From: an uncultured virus (IMG/VR IMGVR_UViG_3300011437_000001)
Lineage: Duplodnaviria; Heunggongvirae; Uroviricota; Caudoviricetes
Reading direction: 5' to 3' (one strand)
IMG/VR virus record: IMGVR_UViG_3300011437_000001
DNA length: 64,000 nucleotides
Below, piece by piece: positions 1 through 8,743 of this stretch. The stretch's first letter is position 1; every line of letters begins with the position of its first letter. Both the position numbers and the translations under genes were made by a program. The notes beneath the pieces are model-generated. The model worked only from the letters and a program-made list of their open reading frames with translations, was not told the origin of the DNA and ran no database searches.

Positions 1-282
1 CGTCGCCTTGTCCCATTCAACGTCCAGGTCGCAATCGTCACCACCTTCCGGGTCGTCGTCGGGCATAACTTCCATCCATGCATCACAGTGCTTGCAGACC
101 CACAAGATGAACGAGTCGTCCTCTGCGGCAACAGCGAGAGCGAGCGGAGGTAAATCGCTTACCTCCGAAAAGCTGTCGCACGGCTCAGTACTCTCCAAAA
201 GCCAGTGGTGTGACAACCCTGCACAGTCTGAGCACGGGGCACAAGGCCCACCCTTTGAACGTCTACGAATCTCCTCATTCAT
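1..282 (-). CDS. Hypothetical Cys-containing protein (partial, runs off window)
   Basis: ATG at 282 overlaps the stop of the upstream ORF (ATGA); translates MNEEIRRRSKGGPCAPCSDCAG...WVCKHCDAW; not in the ORF track. Confidence 0.6.
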   Translation of the reverse strand, partial: MNEEIRRRSKGGPCAPCSDCAGLSHHWLLESTEPCDSFSEVSDLPPLALAVAAEDDSFILWVCKHCDAWMEVMPDDDPEGGDDCDLDVEWDKAT

Positions 283-524
283 GGTCGTTTCTCTGCCGTG
301 AAGATTGCCTCAAAGATTCCAAGTCGCCGGGACACATCGTAGAGGGTCGCCGAGACTTCCGGCGTTCCTTCGATTGATACTAGGTCGCGGACACGGCCAA
401 CGAGCTTGGGCGCTTCATCGTTACTTAAATCGCCGAGAGCATGCCGCAGCGTTCCGCATCGCGGACACCAATACCAAGCACTTCCAAGCCCACTCATCGT
501 GTGGTCACACGTAGGACAAGCCAT
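279..524 (-). CDS. Small Zn-ribbon-like hypothetical protein
   Basis: CPTC...CPRCG motifs; AGGA-type RBS upstream. Confidence 0.7.
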   Translation of the reverse strand: MACPTCDHTMSGLGSAWYWCPRCGTLRHALGDLSNDEAPKLVGRVRDLVSIEGTPEVSATLYDVSRRLGIFEAIFTAEKRP

Positions 525-599
525 TCTGTTTTCCTCCTATTTCCATTCCTTGCTCGGCAACCACGATTCGCCGGTCCGGTAGATGGTGGCTTTTGCGTT

Positions 600-1304
600 T
601 CACTCGACCCACTCCACGGCGCAGCCCGCGGCTTGCATGATGGATTCGAGGTGCCATTTATGGTCTGCGTATTTGCTCCTCGGGCCACGAATCCAACTAC
701 TTTCCGCTCCGCCGTCGCTTTCAAGTAAAACCTCCCATGCGTCCTCAATAATCCTCGCCTTCACCTTCCTCACCGGTTGCAGGTACGGGTGAAGGGCATC
801 GGCGACTAGTCGCTTCCAAGATGGTCCAATATTGCGAGGCTCTGGCGGCATGGCATTCCATGCAATCTCCGCCAAATCTTCCGCCGACTTCCCGCACGCG
901 ACCCTGTTACCATCGCAAGCTTTCGCGGGGCGGTCGGCTGGATGGAGACATTCATAACAAATATCGGTGGGCTGCCGCTTGATGCTTTGAATCGCAAAGG
1001 CCCCTTTGCATTTCGCACACCGCTGCAAAATCTGCTCTACCGTCTTCTCACACTCCGGCTCGGCGGAACGCTCGGCGTCAAGTTCGCGAAGGAGTTTGGT
1101 CATGCTGCTAATATCGACTTCGTCAGGTGGCTCCACGGGTCGTCCACATAATTCGAGTAACCGCTTGGTCCACTTCTCCGCTCTCGCCTGCTCGGACGCC
1201 TGAGTGTCAAAGTCGGCGAGCATCTTGGTTACGAGATTGGACTGCGTACCAAAGCCCTCGCTAGCGACCCATTCCTCAATCCACTTACGGTCAGGTCCGT
1301 TCAT
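600..1304 (-). CDS. Hypothetical phage protein with CxxC pairs
   Basis: Start placed at the ATG overlapping the upstream stop, behind GGAGG; CAKC...CYEC. Confidence 0.65.
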   Translation of the reverse strand: MNGPDRKWIEEWVASEGFGTQSNLVTKMLADFDTQASEQARAEKWTKRLLELCGRPVEPPDEVDISSMTKLLRELDAERSAEPECEKTVEQILQRCAKCKGAFAIQSIKRQPTDICYECLHPADRPAKACDGNRVACGKSAEDLAEIAWNAMPPEPRNIGPSWKRLVADALHPYLQPVRKVKARIIEDAWEVLLESDGGAESSWIRGPRSKYADHKWHLESIMQAAGCAVEWVE

Positions 1305-1591
1305 GTGGCCTCCTCCATTTGGCTGTTTATGTAAGGGCGGAGTGAGTCGGCAACTCGCTTCAACCACTGCTTACGGCCGAAACAGCCCGATGTGGCATTC
1401 CACGCGATGAGCGCCAACTCCTCGGGGGTCTTACTACTCTGCGGGTGAAGAGCCGATAGCAGTTGAGCCATCACGTATATGCTCATTTCCCTTTGCGCGT
1501 CGGTCAGCCTGGACCACGGGTACCCGCCATGCTGCTCGACGATTTCCTGGCAAAAGATAGCCCACTCTTCGGCTTCCTTCGTCAGCTTCAT
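1301..1591 (-). CDS. Hypothetical phage protein
   Basis: Translationally coupled ORF in a tightly packed operon. Confidence 0.65.
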   Translation of the reverse strand: MKLTKEAEEWAIFCQEIVEQHGGYPWSRLTDAQREMSIYVMAQLLSALHPQSSKTPEELALIAWNATSGCFGRKQWLKRVADSLRPYINSQMEEAT

Positions 1592-1827
1592 TTCGACGCC
1601 TCCGCATCTAGAATTGCCCTGCGAATTTCAGCCGAGAGCGACGGGTATCTGATGTGGACCTTGCCGCTCATGTCGGGCGGGCTGATGCGGTTCCACGTCA
1701 GCACTGCCTTCAGTGCCGCCAGAGCCTTGGCCATTAGCGTGCAGGGCGGACAATCTGGGAAGGACTTCCGCAACTCGGCATCCGCTGCATCCATTTGCTC
1801 AATCAGCTTGCTAAGCTCGTCATTCAC
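1588..1827 (-). CDS. Hypothetical phage protein
   Basis: GTG start overlaps the upstream TGA; GGAG RBS. Confidence 0.6.
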   Translation of the reverse strand: MNDELSKLIEQMDAADAELRKSFPDCPPCTLMAKALAALKAVLTWNRISPPDMSGKVHIRYPSLSAEIRRAILDAEASK

Positions 1828-2030
1828 TCTCCACCTCCGTTCGCGGGTATCACCTCGACTTCGCCGGGCGGGCCGTAGTTCCATCGCACGTCGCGGATGA
1901 TTTCCTGCACACGCCGCCATTGGACGCGGAGCCGGGGTGTCAGGTGCGGATAGGAAACCTCCAGGAATTGAGGCAGAACACACTCCAATGCGGCTAGGTC
2001 ATCTTCCTTGATTTGAAACAATCGCATCAT
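1824..2030 (-). CDS. Hypothetical phage protein
   Basis: Coupled start/stop; GGAGG RBS. Confidence 0.6.
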   Translation of the reverse strand: MMRLFQIKEDDLAALECVLPQFLEVSYPHLTPRLRVQWRRVQEIIRDVRWNYGPPGEVEVIPANGGGE

Positions 2031-2344
2031 GCACCTCCGTTCGCGGGCGGTATGCAGTCAACCCAACTCGCATCGCTAGCCTTGGTGGCGTTAAACTGCG
2101 GAACGGCCTCCCTGTCTACGAGGAATCTGGCTAGCTCCTTCCTCGCTTCATCCAGAATGACGAATGTGATTGGCCAGGACGATTCCCACCCATCATGATT
2201 TGCGTGGTAATCCTCCGCAGCCGCCTCGGCGATAGCCCCCAAGGATGCAAGCCTTGTCAGCAGTAGATGCGCGTCATCAGGCGACCCATCTTCCGCACAG
2301 TAATACCAAAGGGTGCGTCCTTTCACTCCTTGCCTCCGTTCGCG
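1832..2344. repeat. Dispersed direct repeat CACCTCCGTTCGCGGG at gene junctions (1832-1847, 2032-2047; 12-bp core at 2333-2344)
   Basis: Read directly; on the minus strand each copy contains GGAGG. Confidence 0.85.
2027..2326 (-). CDS. Hypothetical phage protein
   Basis: GTGA overlap with the upstream stop; AGGAG RBS. Confidence 0.6.
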   Translation of the reverse strand: MKGRTLWYYCAEDGSPDDAHLLLTRLASLGAIAEAAAEDYHANHDGWESSWPITFVILDEARKELARFLVDREAVPQFNATKASDASWVDCIPPANGGA

Positions 2345-2643
2345 TGCGGGGATTGACGAGCGGCCCATGCGGCGCGGAGAGCTTCGAGACGAGTTGATCC
2401 TTCAAACCAATGTTCACGATCAAGCTCACCACCAACGCACACAGTCCATTTATCTTCGTCCCGGTCCAGACTAAACCCTTCGCGTTCCAGCTTCTCAATC
2501 AGGGCGAGTTCTTCGAGCTTGGCCTCAAGTTCTTCGATGCGGTCGGCGGCTTCGGCAGCATATTTTTGAAGCCTTGCGACTTCATACACAGACGTTGCAG
2601 ACAATCGTAGCTTCGCGGTTAGCGGCAGCCTTAGTTCGCTCAT
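2323..2643 (-). CDS. Hypothetical phage protein with a short coiled coil
   Basis: MSELRLP... behind AAAGGA; contains EAADRIEELEAKLEEL. Confidence 0.6.
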   Translation of the reverse strand: MSELRLPLTAKLRLSATSVYEVARLQKYAAEAADRIEELEAKLEELALIEKLEREGFSLDRDEDKWTVCVGGELDREHWFEGSTRLEALRAAWAARQSPHANGGKE

Positions 2644-2657
2644 CGCATTTCCTTTCA

Positions 2658-2927
2658 TCACTCGGGCAAGAGGCCGGACAGACAAGCCTCGATTTCCCTT
2701 TTGCACGCAATGAGCCTCGCCTCGAAATCGGCGGTTGAATCCGCGTATTGCCCTTGGCTCATCGCGTCCTCGACAACCTGCATCGCCGCATCCCGTTCCA
2801 TACGAAACGTCAGACGGGCGAGACGACGCAGGTCTGCGCTCGATAGTGGACCGTATGGCTCTTTCCACGGACCGAGGAATTCCGCGATTACGAGCGCCCT
2901 CGCGTCTATCCGCGCTTCTGGACTCAT
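2658..2927 (-). CDS. Hypothetical phage protein
   Basis: ORF with GAGGG RBS, same orientation as its neighbours. Confidence 0.6.
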   Translation of the reverse strand: MSPEARIDARALVIAEFLGPWKEPYGPLSSADLRRLARLTFRMERDAAMQVVEDAMSQGQYADSTADFEARLIACKREIEACLSGLLPE

Positions 2928-2982
2928 TGCACCCTCACAATCTCAACTGTTCTCGTGGCCTTCACCTTCAGAACCCCGCCCC

Positions 2983-3408
2983 TTACTCCATCCACGATAG
3001 ACACCCATCAGTTTCGCACTTGCCCCAGACGTGACCATTGCAGGCGGCGTGCGTGTAGTGCAATACGCCGTCGCAAGCCGTGCACTTCTTAGTTCCCTTG
3101 GCGTTTTTGCCGCGATGCTCAGTCTTGATTGCATGAATCAAAGGTAGCGTCTTCATGAATCGAGCTATGCTTTCCGTTACCTCTTTCTCACAGGCGTCGA
3201 TTTCTTCCTGCGACGGTTCCTCGTACTTCTCGCACGGATTTACCGGGCCATTCGGCTTGAAGCTGGTCACACGGTAACACGGCAAACGGGTACACCAGCC
3301 GAGGTCTGGACCGCCAACAAGTGAGCGATATTCAACGCCCGCATGACAGCATTCTTTATCACGCAGACCGGTTCCGCTAAAGTGCTTGCAAGTTCCCGCA
3401 CGCATCAT
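2983..3408 (-). CDS. Cys-rich hypothetical phage protein
   Basis: MMRAGTCKHF...CTACDG...CETDGC; start overlaps the upstream stop. Confidence 0.65.
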   Translation of the reverse strand: MMRAGTCKHFSGTGLRDKECCHAGVEYRSLVGGPDLGWCTRLPCYRVTSFKPNGPVNPCEKYEEPSQEEIDACEKEVTESIARFMKTLPLIHAIKTEHRGKNAKGTKKCTACDGVLHYTHAACNGHVWGKCETDGCLSWME

Positions 3409-4508
3409 TTCACCTCGATTATTTCCACCGTTCGCGGTGCTTTGGTGCGGAGAACGGCATTCTCGAAATAACGTTCCATGTCCCCGTTGGCGTTGAGCGT
3501 GTGGTTGCCCAGCGGCTCGCCGAATTCCTCCGGCCAATGCTCCCAATCCGGGGCGTCGAGCGTGTAGACGTGCTGGGCATAACACGGCTCGTTCGACCGC
3601 CGGATCATCATGCAATAGGCAGCGGTGTAACGGGATTCTAGGGCAAAGGCTGCTGCGATTTGTTCTTTCGTGGCGTTCATGTCTGCTAGCTCTTTGTCGA
3701 GGTAGCCGTTGTTGGACAGAAGCACCACCCACTTGCCGCGCTCCAACAGATACCGATCGGCCGCAATCTGCTTGGCGAGCTGTTCCGCGTCGCCCCGAAT
3801 CTTGGGGTGGACGCCGATCTCTCGCACCACGCCGTCCACCGAAGCCGCGAATAATTCCAGGTCTGCCCACGACCACCACACAGACGGCCCGGCAACGTTG
3901 GGCAGAATGAGTCGCCCGTCATCCCGCAACCCGGCTAGGTATTGGCAGGTCGCCTCCCAGGAAATCGGCCACGTCTTGTCCGCGCTGCGATGCACGATGT
4001 TGTCGTGCATGACGATTGGTGCGTAGAACCGATCGAGCTCCGCACGGGCGATGGTCAGGAAGTGGTTGCGCACGTCGAGGTTGTTGACGTTGGGGTAAAC
4101 TCGACCGTTGTAGACCAGTGTATCTGTCGCCGCGAAGCCACGGGCCAGGAACCCCCACCGGTCAGACGTGACGCAGCCAGCCGGAAAGCGGTCGCAATTG
4201 TCATTGCCCCGCCAAGAGAAGTACCGACCAATCATGGGCTTACCCCACAGCGGGCCGCCTCGCGTCTCAAAATCGTGGGCCTGGTTCACCTTTATCCAGC
4301 AGCCGCCGGGGTCAATCGGCCCCACGCAGGCACAGTCGGTAACGATGGTCTGCGGCCAGCCGCGTGCGATATGCGACGTGTGCAACGCCCGTGGATCCGA
4401 GGGGTCGCCACTGGCGCTGAGGTTCACCGAGACTCGCAGCGGCATCGGCTCGGCGAGGGCGACATTGGACACCACAGTTAGGACAGCTAAACAGACCTTA
4501 ATTCTCAT
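3405..4508 (-). CDS. Secreted protein, putative glycoside-hydrolase-like (GHL15/PF14885-like)
   Basis: N-terminal signal peptide (..VALA/EP); VMHDN and DGVVREI segments; C-terminal FGEPLG...MERYFENAVL pattern. Confidence 0.5.
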   Translation of the reverse strand: MRIKVCLAVLTVVSNVALAEPMPLRVSVNLSASGDPSDPRALHTSHIARGWPQTIVTDCACVGPIDPGGCWIKVNQAHDFETRGGPLWGKPMIGRYFSWRGNDNCDRFPAGCVTSDRWGFLARGFAATDTLVYNGRVYPNVNNLDVRNHFLTIARAELDRFYAPIVMHDNIVHRSADKTWPISWEATCQYLAGLRDDGRLILPNVAGPSVWWSWADLELFAASVDGVVREIGVHPKIRGDAEQLAKQIAADRYLLERGKWVVLLSNNGYLDKELADMNATKEQIAAAFALESRYTAAYCMMIRRSNEPCYAQHVYTLDAPDWEHWPEEFGEPLGNHTLNANGDMERYFENAVLRTKAPRTVEIIEVK

Positions 4509-5200
4509 CCTTGATCTCCTTTGGTTTGTGTGGCAATCGCGTACCGCATTTCGGCTTCGATTTCCTGTCGAAGCGTTAGCATTCGACCGCTACGTTTCTT
4601 GCCATCCGGGTCGAATTCGGCCGCCAACCGCTCAGCGACGCGGCTTATCAAATCCTGCTCGGGATGCTTGGTATTGACGGCGAGATTCCACATTTCGGAA
4701 TCGTGATCCGCAGCATCCCGGATTCGCTTCTCGCAAGTCCACAAGAAACTCTTGCCGCATGATGTGCCAAGCCATTGGATTATCGCCGTGGCAACGTCCG
4801 CTTCTCGCTGCGTAACCTGTGCAGGGTTGCAGTCTGGCTCGCAGGAAAATCGCGCCCGATTCCAGTTCATGCCAAGTATCAATTCGAGAAAACGAAGTCC
4901 GTGATTGGTCCCCGCGCTCCTCTCGTTCTCTTTGCGGAATTCATCAACGAACACCCACTCAGGGAAATGCGACAACCGGTCAGGTCGTAGCGAGCGGATC
5001 ACGTACTCGAAAGAGTCGGTGAGCGCCTTCAACGCCTCCTTGGCGTAGCAATACGCACAGTCCGGCTCACCGGGTTTGCATGGAGGCTCGCCGTAGCATT
5101 CCTCTCCGCGCTCGGCCAAGCGACTTATCCAATGCCGAGCTTGGGCGATCCTCTCAAGGTCGAGCTGTGTCGGTTCTGGATTGTGAATGGTCGCTGTCAT
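4505..5200 (-). CDS. Hypothetical phage protein
   Basis: 231-aa ORF whose stop overlaps the next start. Confidence 0.6.
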   Translation of the reverse strand: MTATIHNPEPTQLDLERIAQARHWISRLAERGEECYGEPPCKPGEPDCAYCYAKEALKALTDSFEYVIRSLRPDRLSHFPEWVFVDEFRKENERSAGTNHGLRFLELILGMNWNRARFSCEPDCNPAQVTQREADVATAIIQWLGTSCGKSFLWTCEKRIRDAADHDSEMWNLAVNTKHPEQDLISRVAERLAAEFDPDGKKRSGRMLTLRQEIEAEMRYAIATQTKGDQG

Positions 5201-5283
5201 AGAGAATTAACCGCCCACGCCACCGCGAAAAAGAACGCCGCCACGCCGATCACCAGGAAGGGCGCGAGAACGATTTGGGCGAA

Positions 5284-5357
5284 CGAGGAAGGGTGGGGAT
5301 CGAACCCACGACATTCGGTTTTGGAAACCGACGCTCTACCAACTGAGCTACCCCCTC
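5284..5357 (-). tRNA. tRNA-Trp(CCA), slightly irregular acceptor stem, no encoded CCA
   Basis: GAGGGGG-TA-GCTCAGTTGGTAGAGC-G-TCGGT-TTCCAAA-ACCGA-ATGTC-GTGGG-TTCGATC-CCCAC-C-CTTCCTC-G. Confidence 0.85.
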
Positions 5358-5477
5358 GAAAAGGCCGCGCGTTGAGAAACCGCGCGGCGGTTTTGCTTGC
5401 AACAGTTGCGAAGCCGAAGCAAGCGGTTTTCCTTCTCACTTCTTCATGGGCTACCCTCCTTCCTGCGGTGGACGTTA

Positions 5478-5957
5478 CTAGGCCGCGACCAGCGATCGCA
5501 GCACGTATTCGGTGAGCCACAGGGCATCGGCGTGGTTGTCGTCCACGATCTCCGCGGATGGCCATTTGGCATTGGCCGCAGCGATCATGGCGTCCTTCTT
5601 GCTATTGCCCTTACCCGTGGCCAGTTTTTTTATGGAAGCTACCGGGACCCCCGTGTACGCGATCTTGTTCCGCTCGCACCACGACTGCACGTGCGAGAGG
5701 AAGCCGCCGTAGATGTGCGCGGCGGCCGTGGCGACGTGCCGATGCACTTCCTCGACGGCGACCATCTTCAGCGGGTTGGTCGCGTGCACCTTGTCCAGGA
5801 AAGACACGAAGCGAATGAAGCGCATGCCGCGGCCCTCGAAGCGGTTCTCGCGGCAGTCCCACACGCCGGCCCCGATCATGGCGCGGCGATCGATCTCCGC
5901 CAGGCACCAGCCGCATTGCGTTCCCAGGTCTAGCCCCAGGATGTGTTCAGCGCCCAT
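5478..5957 (-). CDS. ruvC: RuvC-like Holliday junction resolvase
   Basis: ILGLDLGTQCGW, VAVEE, IKKLATGKGNSKK and DDNHADA motifs. Confidence 0.88.
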   Translation of the reverse strand: MGAEHILGLDLGTQCGWCLAEIDRRAMIGAGVWDCRENRFEGRGMRFIRFVSFLDKVHATNPLKMVAVEEVHRHVATAAAHIYGGFLSHVQSWCERNKIAYTGVPVASIKKLATGKGNSKKDAMIAAANAKWPSAEIVDDNHADALWLTEYVLRSLVAA

Positions 5958-6393
5958 CTGGTTTCCTTTTGCAGTTCGGATAGTGGCTGATGCCCGTGGG
6001 ATCGAACGGGTGGTACTCGGGGCGGATCTCCGTGCTGCTCGCCTTGCGCAGCTTGTAAATCTCCGCGCCGCAGTGCTCGCACTTGGCCTTGACCCCGCAG
6101 ACGTTCAGCAGGAAGCGCACGTTGGCCCGCAGTTCAGCGGAGCCGTTCTGGGCGCTGCGCAGCGAAGCCGTGGAGTCGGATAGGGTGTGTGTTTCCGTGG
6201 TGGTCATAGCGGATTGACCTCGAATTTGATCTCGGCGGATGGCATGAACTCGGCGAACCACTTCCTCGCCGCAGTACGCGCGCCGTCTTTGGATTTGTAG
6301 GACCGTTGGCTGCTGATCGTGGCCCCGGCGCAACCGCCGACGAAGGCGTAACCAAACCCACTCGAAATATTCGCGTTTAAGCTGGACGGTCAC
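5947..6393 (-). CDS. Hypothetical protein (start uncertain: 6393 or 6207)
   Basis: GTG overlaps the ATPase stop; C-terminal CEHCG...HYPNC. Confidence 0.5.
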   Translation of the reverse strand: MTVQLKREYFEWVWLRLRRRLRRGHDQQPTVLQIQRRRAYCGEEVVRRVHAIRRDQIRGQSAMTTTETHTLSDSTASLRSAQNGSAELRANVRFLLNVCGVKAKCEHCGAEIYKLRKASSTEIRPEYHPFDPTGISHYPNCKRKPDGR

Positions 6394-8519
6394 GCTACCG
6401 CCTCCTGCATTGCTGCGCTGGGGGCCATGCTGATGAACGTCCAGGCCGGAGAACATGTCTCGACCATGAACCACGTCGCGAGCAGCACTTGCGCGTCACT
6501 GCCGGCGATGGCCGTCAGGAGCGTGTCGATCGCTTTCTCGTCCACTTCCCCCGCCTCCAGCATGAGCAGCTTGAGCGGCGGGTTGGCCAGTTCGATCAGC
6601 GCCCGGGCCAGGGCGGCGCCCACGATGCACTTCTCGCCGGCGGACAGGGCCTCGTACGCCGTCTTGCGCTCGCCGCGCTGCCAGCCGATCTCGATTATGG
6701 GCGTGCCCTTCTCGTTCTCCAGCCGGCAGTAGGCCCGCGACCCTTCGTCGAACAGCCGCAGGCAGGCGGTCATGGGTTCCAGCAAAGGACGGGTGAGCTC
6801 CTCCATGAGCTCGGCTCGCAGGGACTTGCAAGACTCCCCCAGCTCCTGGGCGACCCGCCACTTTACGGCGCTAAGTTCGGCGTCCTGAATCAGCTTGGTG
6901 TGCTCGCTCTCCAGTGCCGATTGCTCAGCCACGGCATTTAGCGAGCGTTCGATGATCCGCGTCTCGGCCTCCAGTTGCGAAAGCCGCAGGCGGAGTGCGT
7001 CCACGTCGGGACCGGCGCTATCGTCGAAAGCGGACAGCTTGCCTTCCAGTTCGGCGACCGCCTTGCTCCAGGTGTCGATCTGCATATGCCCCTGCGCGGC
7101 GCGGCCAGCCTTGCGCTCCAGGTCGTTGAGCTGCACCATGGCCTCGCGGTGCTCGATGCGCAGCGTTTGCAGCTTGGCCATGCTGGCTTGTAACTCCTTC
7201 TCGGTTTCGATGGCGGCCAAACGTTCCGCGCGGGCGGTGTCCATCTCCCGCACGAGGTCGGCGGCGCGCTGGCGATCGGCGGGCAGGCTGGCGGTGTTGC
7301 GACGGATGATGAGGCGGATGGCGTTCCATTCGGCGTTGGCGTTCCCGCCGACCAGCGGGCCAGTAAAGTTGTAGGACTCGAACGTCTCCGCGTGCTCGTC
7401 CAGCTTCACCCAATCGCCGCTCAGTCGATCTTCCAGCAGTTCCTTTTCGTGGCTCAGTCGCAGCAGCTCGTTCGACCACTTCTGGTTGGCGCCCATGGCG
7501 GCGCTCAGCTTGTTGGGCACTTCGCTGCGCAGATCGATCTGCACGGCCAGCTCGCCGGCTCGGGCCCAGATGGCGGCCTCCAGTGCAACATCGTCCGTCT
7601 CCACCGCCACCAGTTGCCCGCGGGCGTTCTCCACCTGGGCCTTGGCCCGCGCCAGTTGATCGGCGAGCGATTTGCGGGCCGTCGAGCGGCCGGCGTGGTT
7701 GCTGAGCGCCTTCTCGGCTGCCAGGATCGACGCCCGCACTTCCGCCAGCCGCGCGTCCAGATCGGCCTTGGTCTCGGCGATGGGCGTTACCGATGCCCTC
7801 CGCTCGGCGATCTTGTCGCACGCGGCGTTGGCCCGGTCCTTGTCCCGCTTGGAAAAGTTCGCGGCCTCGCGGCAGATGTTGATGGCTTGGCCGACCATCT
7901 CCGGGAGATTGCCCTTGAGTTCGCGGAGCATGGTGCCGTGCAGCTCGCCGAGGGCATAGGCTTCGCTCGGTCCCACTTCGCCAAAGTCGATGTCCTGATC
8001 CTCCGGCTGCTTGAGGTAGCCCTTGATGGCGCGAGTCGATATCTCCGCCGCGCTGCCCTCGTGCTTGCTGGCCTGGGCGCAGAGATCGAGCACAAAGCTC
8101 CGCCGCTTGTCGTCGGACAGGTCGAGGAACCCCTGGCCCAGATCGAACATGGGGGCGAAGTCTCCGCAGTGGGCGGCCACCATGGCGTGGGCCTCTTTGA
8201 GGTTGAGGCCGCCCTGGCCGTGGATCTCCAGGTATTGCGACATGGCCCCGGTGTGGTGATTGATGGACAGCCCGCGGGTCCAGGCGAAGCCGTCGCTCAG
8301 CGACACCGTGACCTTGCAGCCTTCGGGCGCGGCGAAGGTGGCCACTGCCGCGGGCGTTGCGCCCACCGACGTGCGGCCCTCGATAGCGTAGCGCACCGCC
8401 TCCAGCACGGCGCTCTTGCCGGAGCCGTTGGGCCCGCAGAGCAGCGTGTTCTTCCCGGGGAATACCATGAGGTCAATCCCCTTCCATCCCTGTAGACGCA
8501 CTTCCTTGATTGTCAGCAC
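6390..8519 (-). CDS. Rad50/SbcC-like (SMC-family) coiled-coil ATPase
   Basis: Walker A GPNGSGKS, long coiled coil, ABC signature LSAGEK, degenerate Walker B LLMLEAGEVD. Confidence 0.85.
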   Translation of the reverse strand: MLTIKEVRLQGWKGIDLMVFPGKNTLLCGPNGSGKSAVLEAVRYAIEGRTSVGATPAAVATFAAPEGCKVTVSLSDGFAWTRGLSINHHTGAMSQYLEIHGQGGLNLKEAHAMVAAHCGDFAPMFDLGQGFLDLSDDKRRSFVLDLCAQASKHEGSAAEISTRAIKGYLKQPEDQDIDFGEVGPSEAYALGELHGTMLRELKGNLPEMVGQAINICREAANFSKRDKDRANAACDKIAERRASVTPIAETKADLDARLAEVRASILAAEKALSNHAGRSTARKSLADQLARAKAQVENARGQLVAVETDDVALEAAIWARAGELAVQIDLRSEVPNKLSAAMGANQKWSNELLRLSHEKELLEDRLSGDWVKLDEHAETFESYNFTGPLVGGNANAEWNAIRLIIRRNTASLPADRQRAADLVREMDTARAERLAAIETEKELQASMAKLQTLRIEHREAMVQLNDLERKAGRAAQGHMQIDTWSKAVAELEGKLSAFDDSAGPDVDALRLRLSQLEAETRIIERSLNAVAEQSALESEHTKLIQDAELSAVKWRVAQELGESCKSLRAELMEELTRPLLEPMTACLRLFDEGSRAYCRLENEKGTPIIEIGWQRGERKTAYEALSAGEKCIVGAALARALIELANPPLKLLMLEAGEVDEKAIDTLLTAIAGSDAQVLLATWFMVETCSPAWTFISMAPSAAMQEAVA

Positions 8520-8743
8520 AACATGCTCCTGTCTCGATAGAGTTTGAGTTTCATCCCCAGTGTTCGTCGTCCCATCCCCATCCATTTTGCGGCCTTGTCG
8601 CGGTGACCATTGTTTCCACTCAGCGCTAGGCGGATCAGCTCGCGTTCCGCATCTTCCAAGATGTGGCCTGGTCGAAGTCCGGTCAGCGTGACCGTGACGT
8701 CGTCGCTTTGGGTGAGTGCCGCGATGATCGCTGGCCCGTGCAT
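8513..8743 (-). CDS. Stand-alone Fis-type HTH protein
   Basis: LEDAERELIRLALSGNNGHRDKAAKWMGMGRRTLGMKLKLY matches the HTH_8 pattern. Confidence 0.8.
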   Translation of the reverse strand: MHGPAIIAALTQSDDVTVTLTGLRPGHILEDAERELIRLALSGNNGHRDKAAKWMGMGRRTLGMKLKLYRDRSMLC

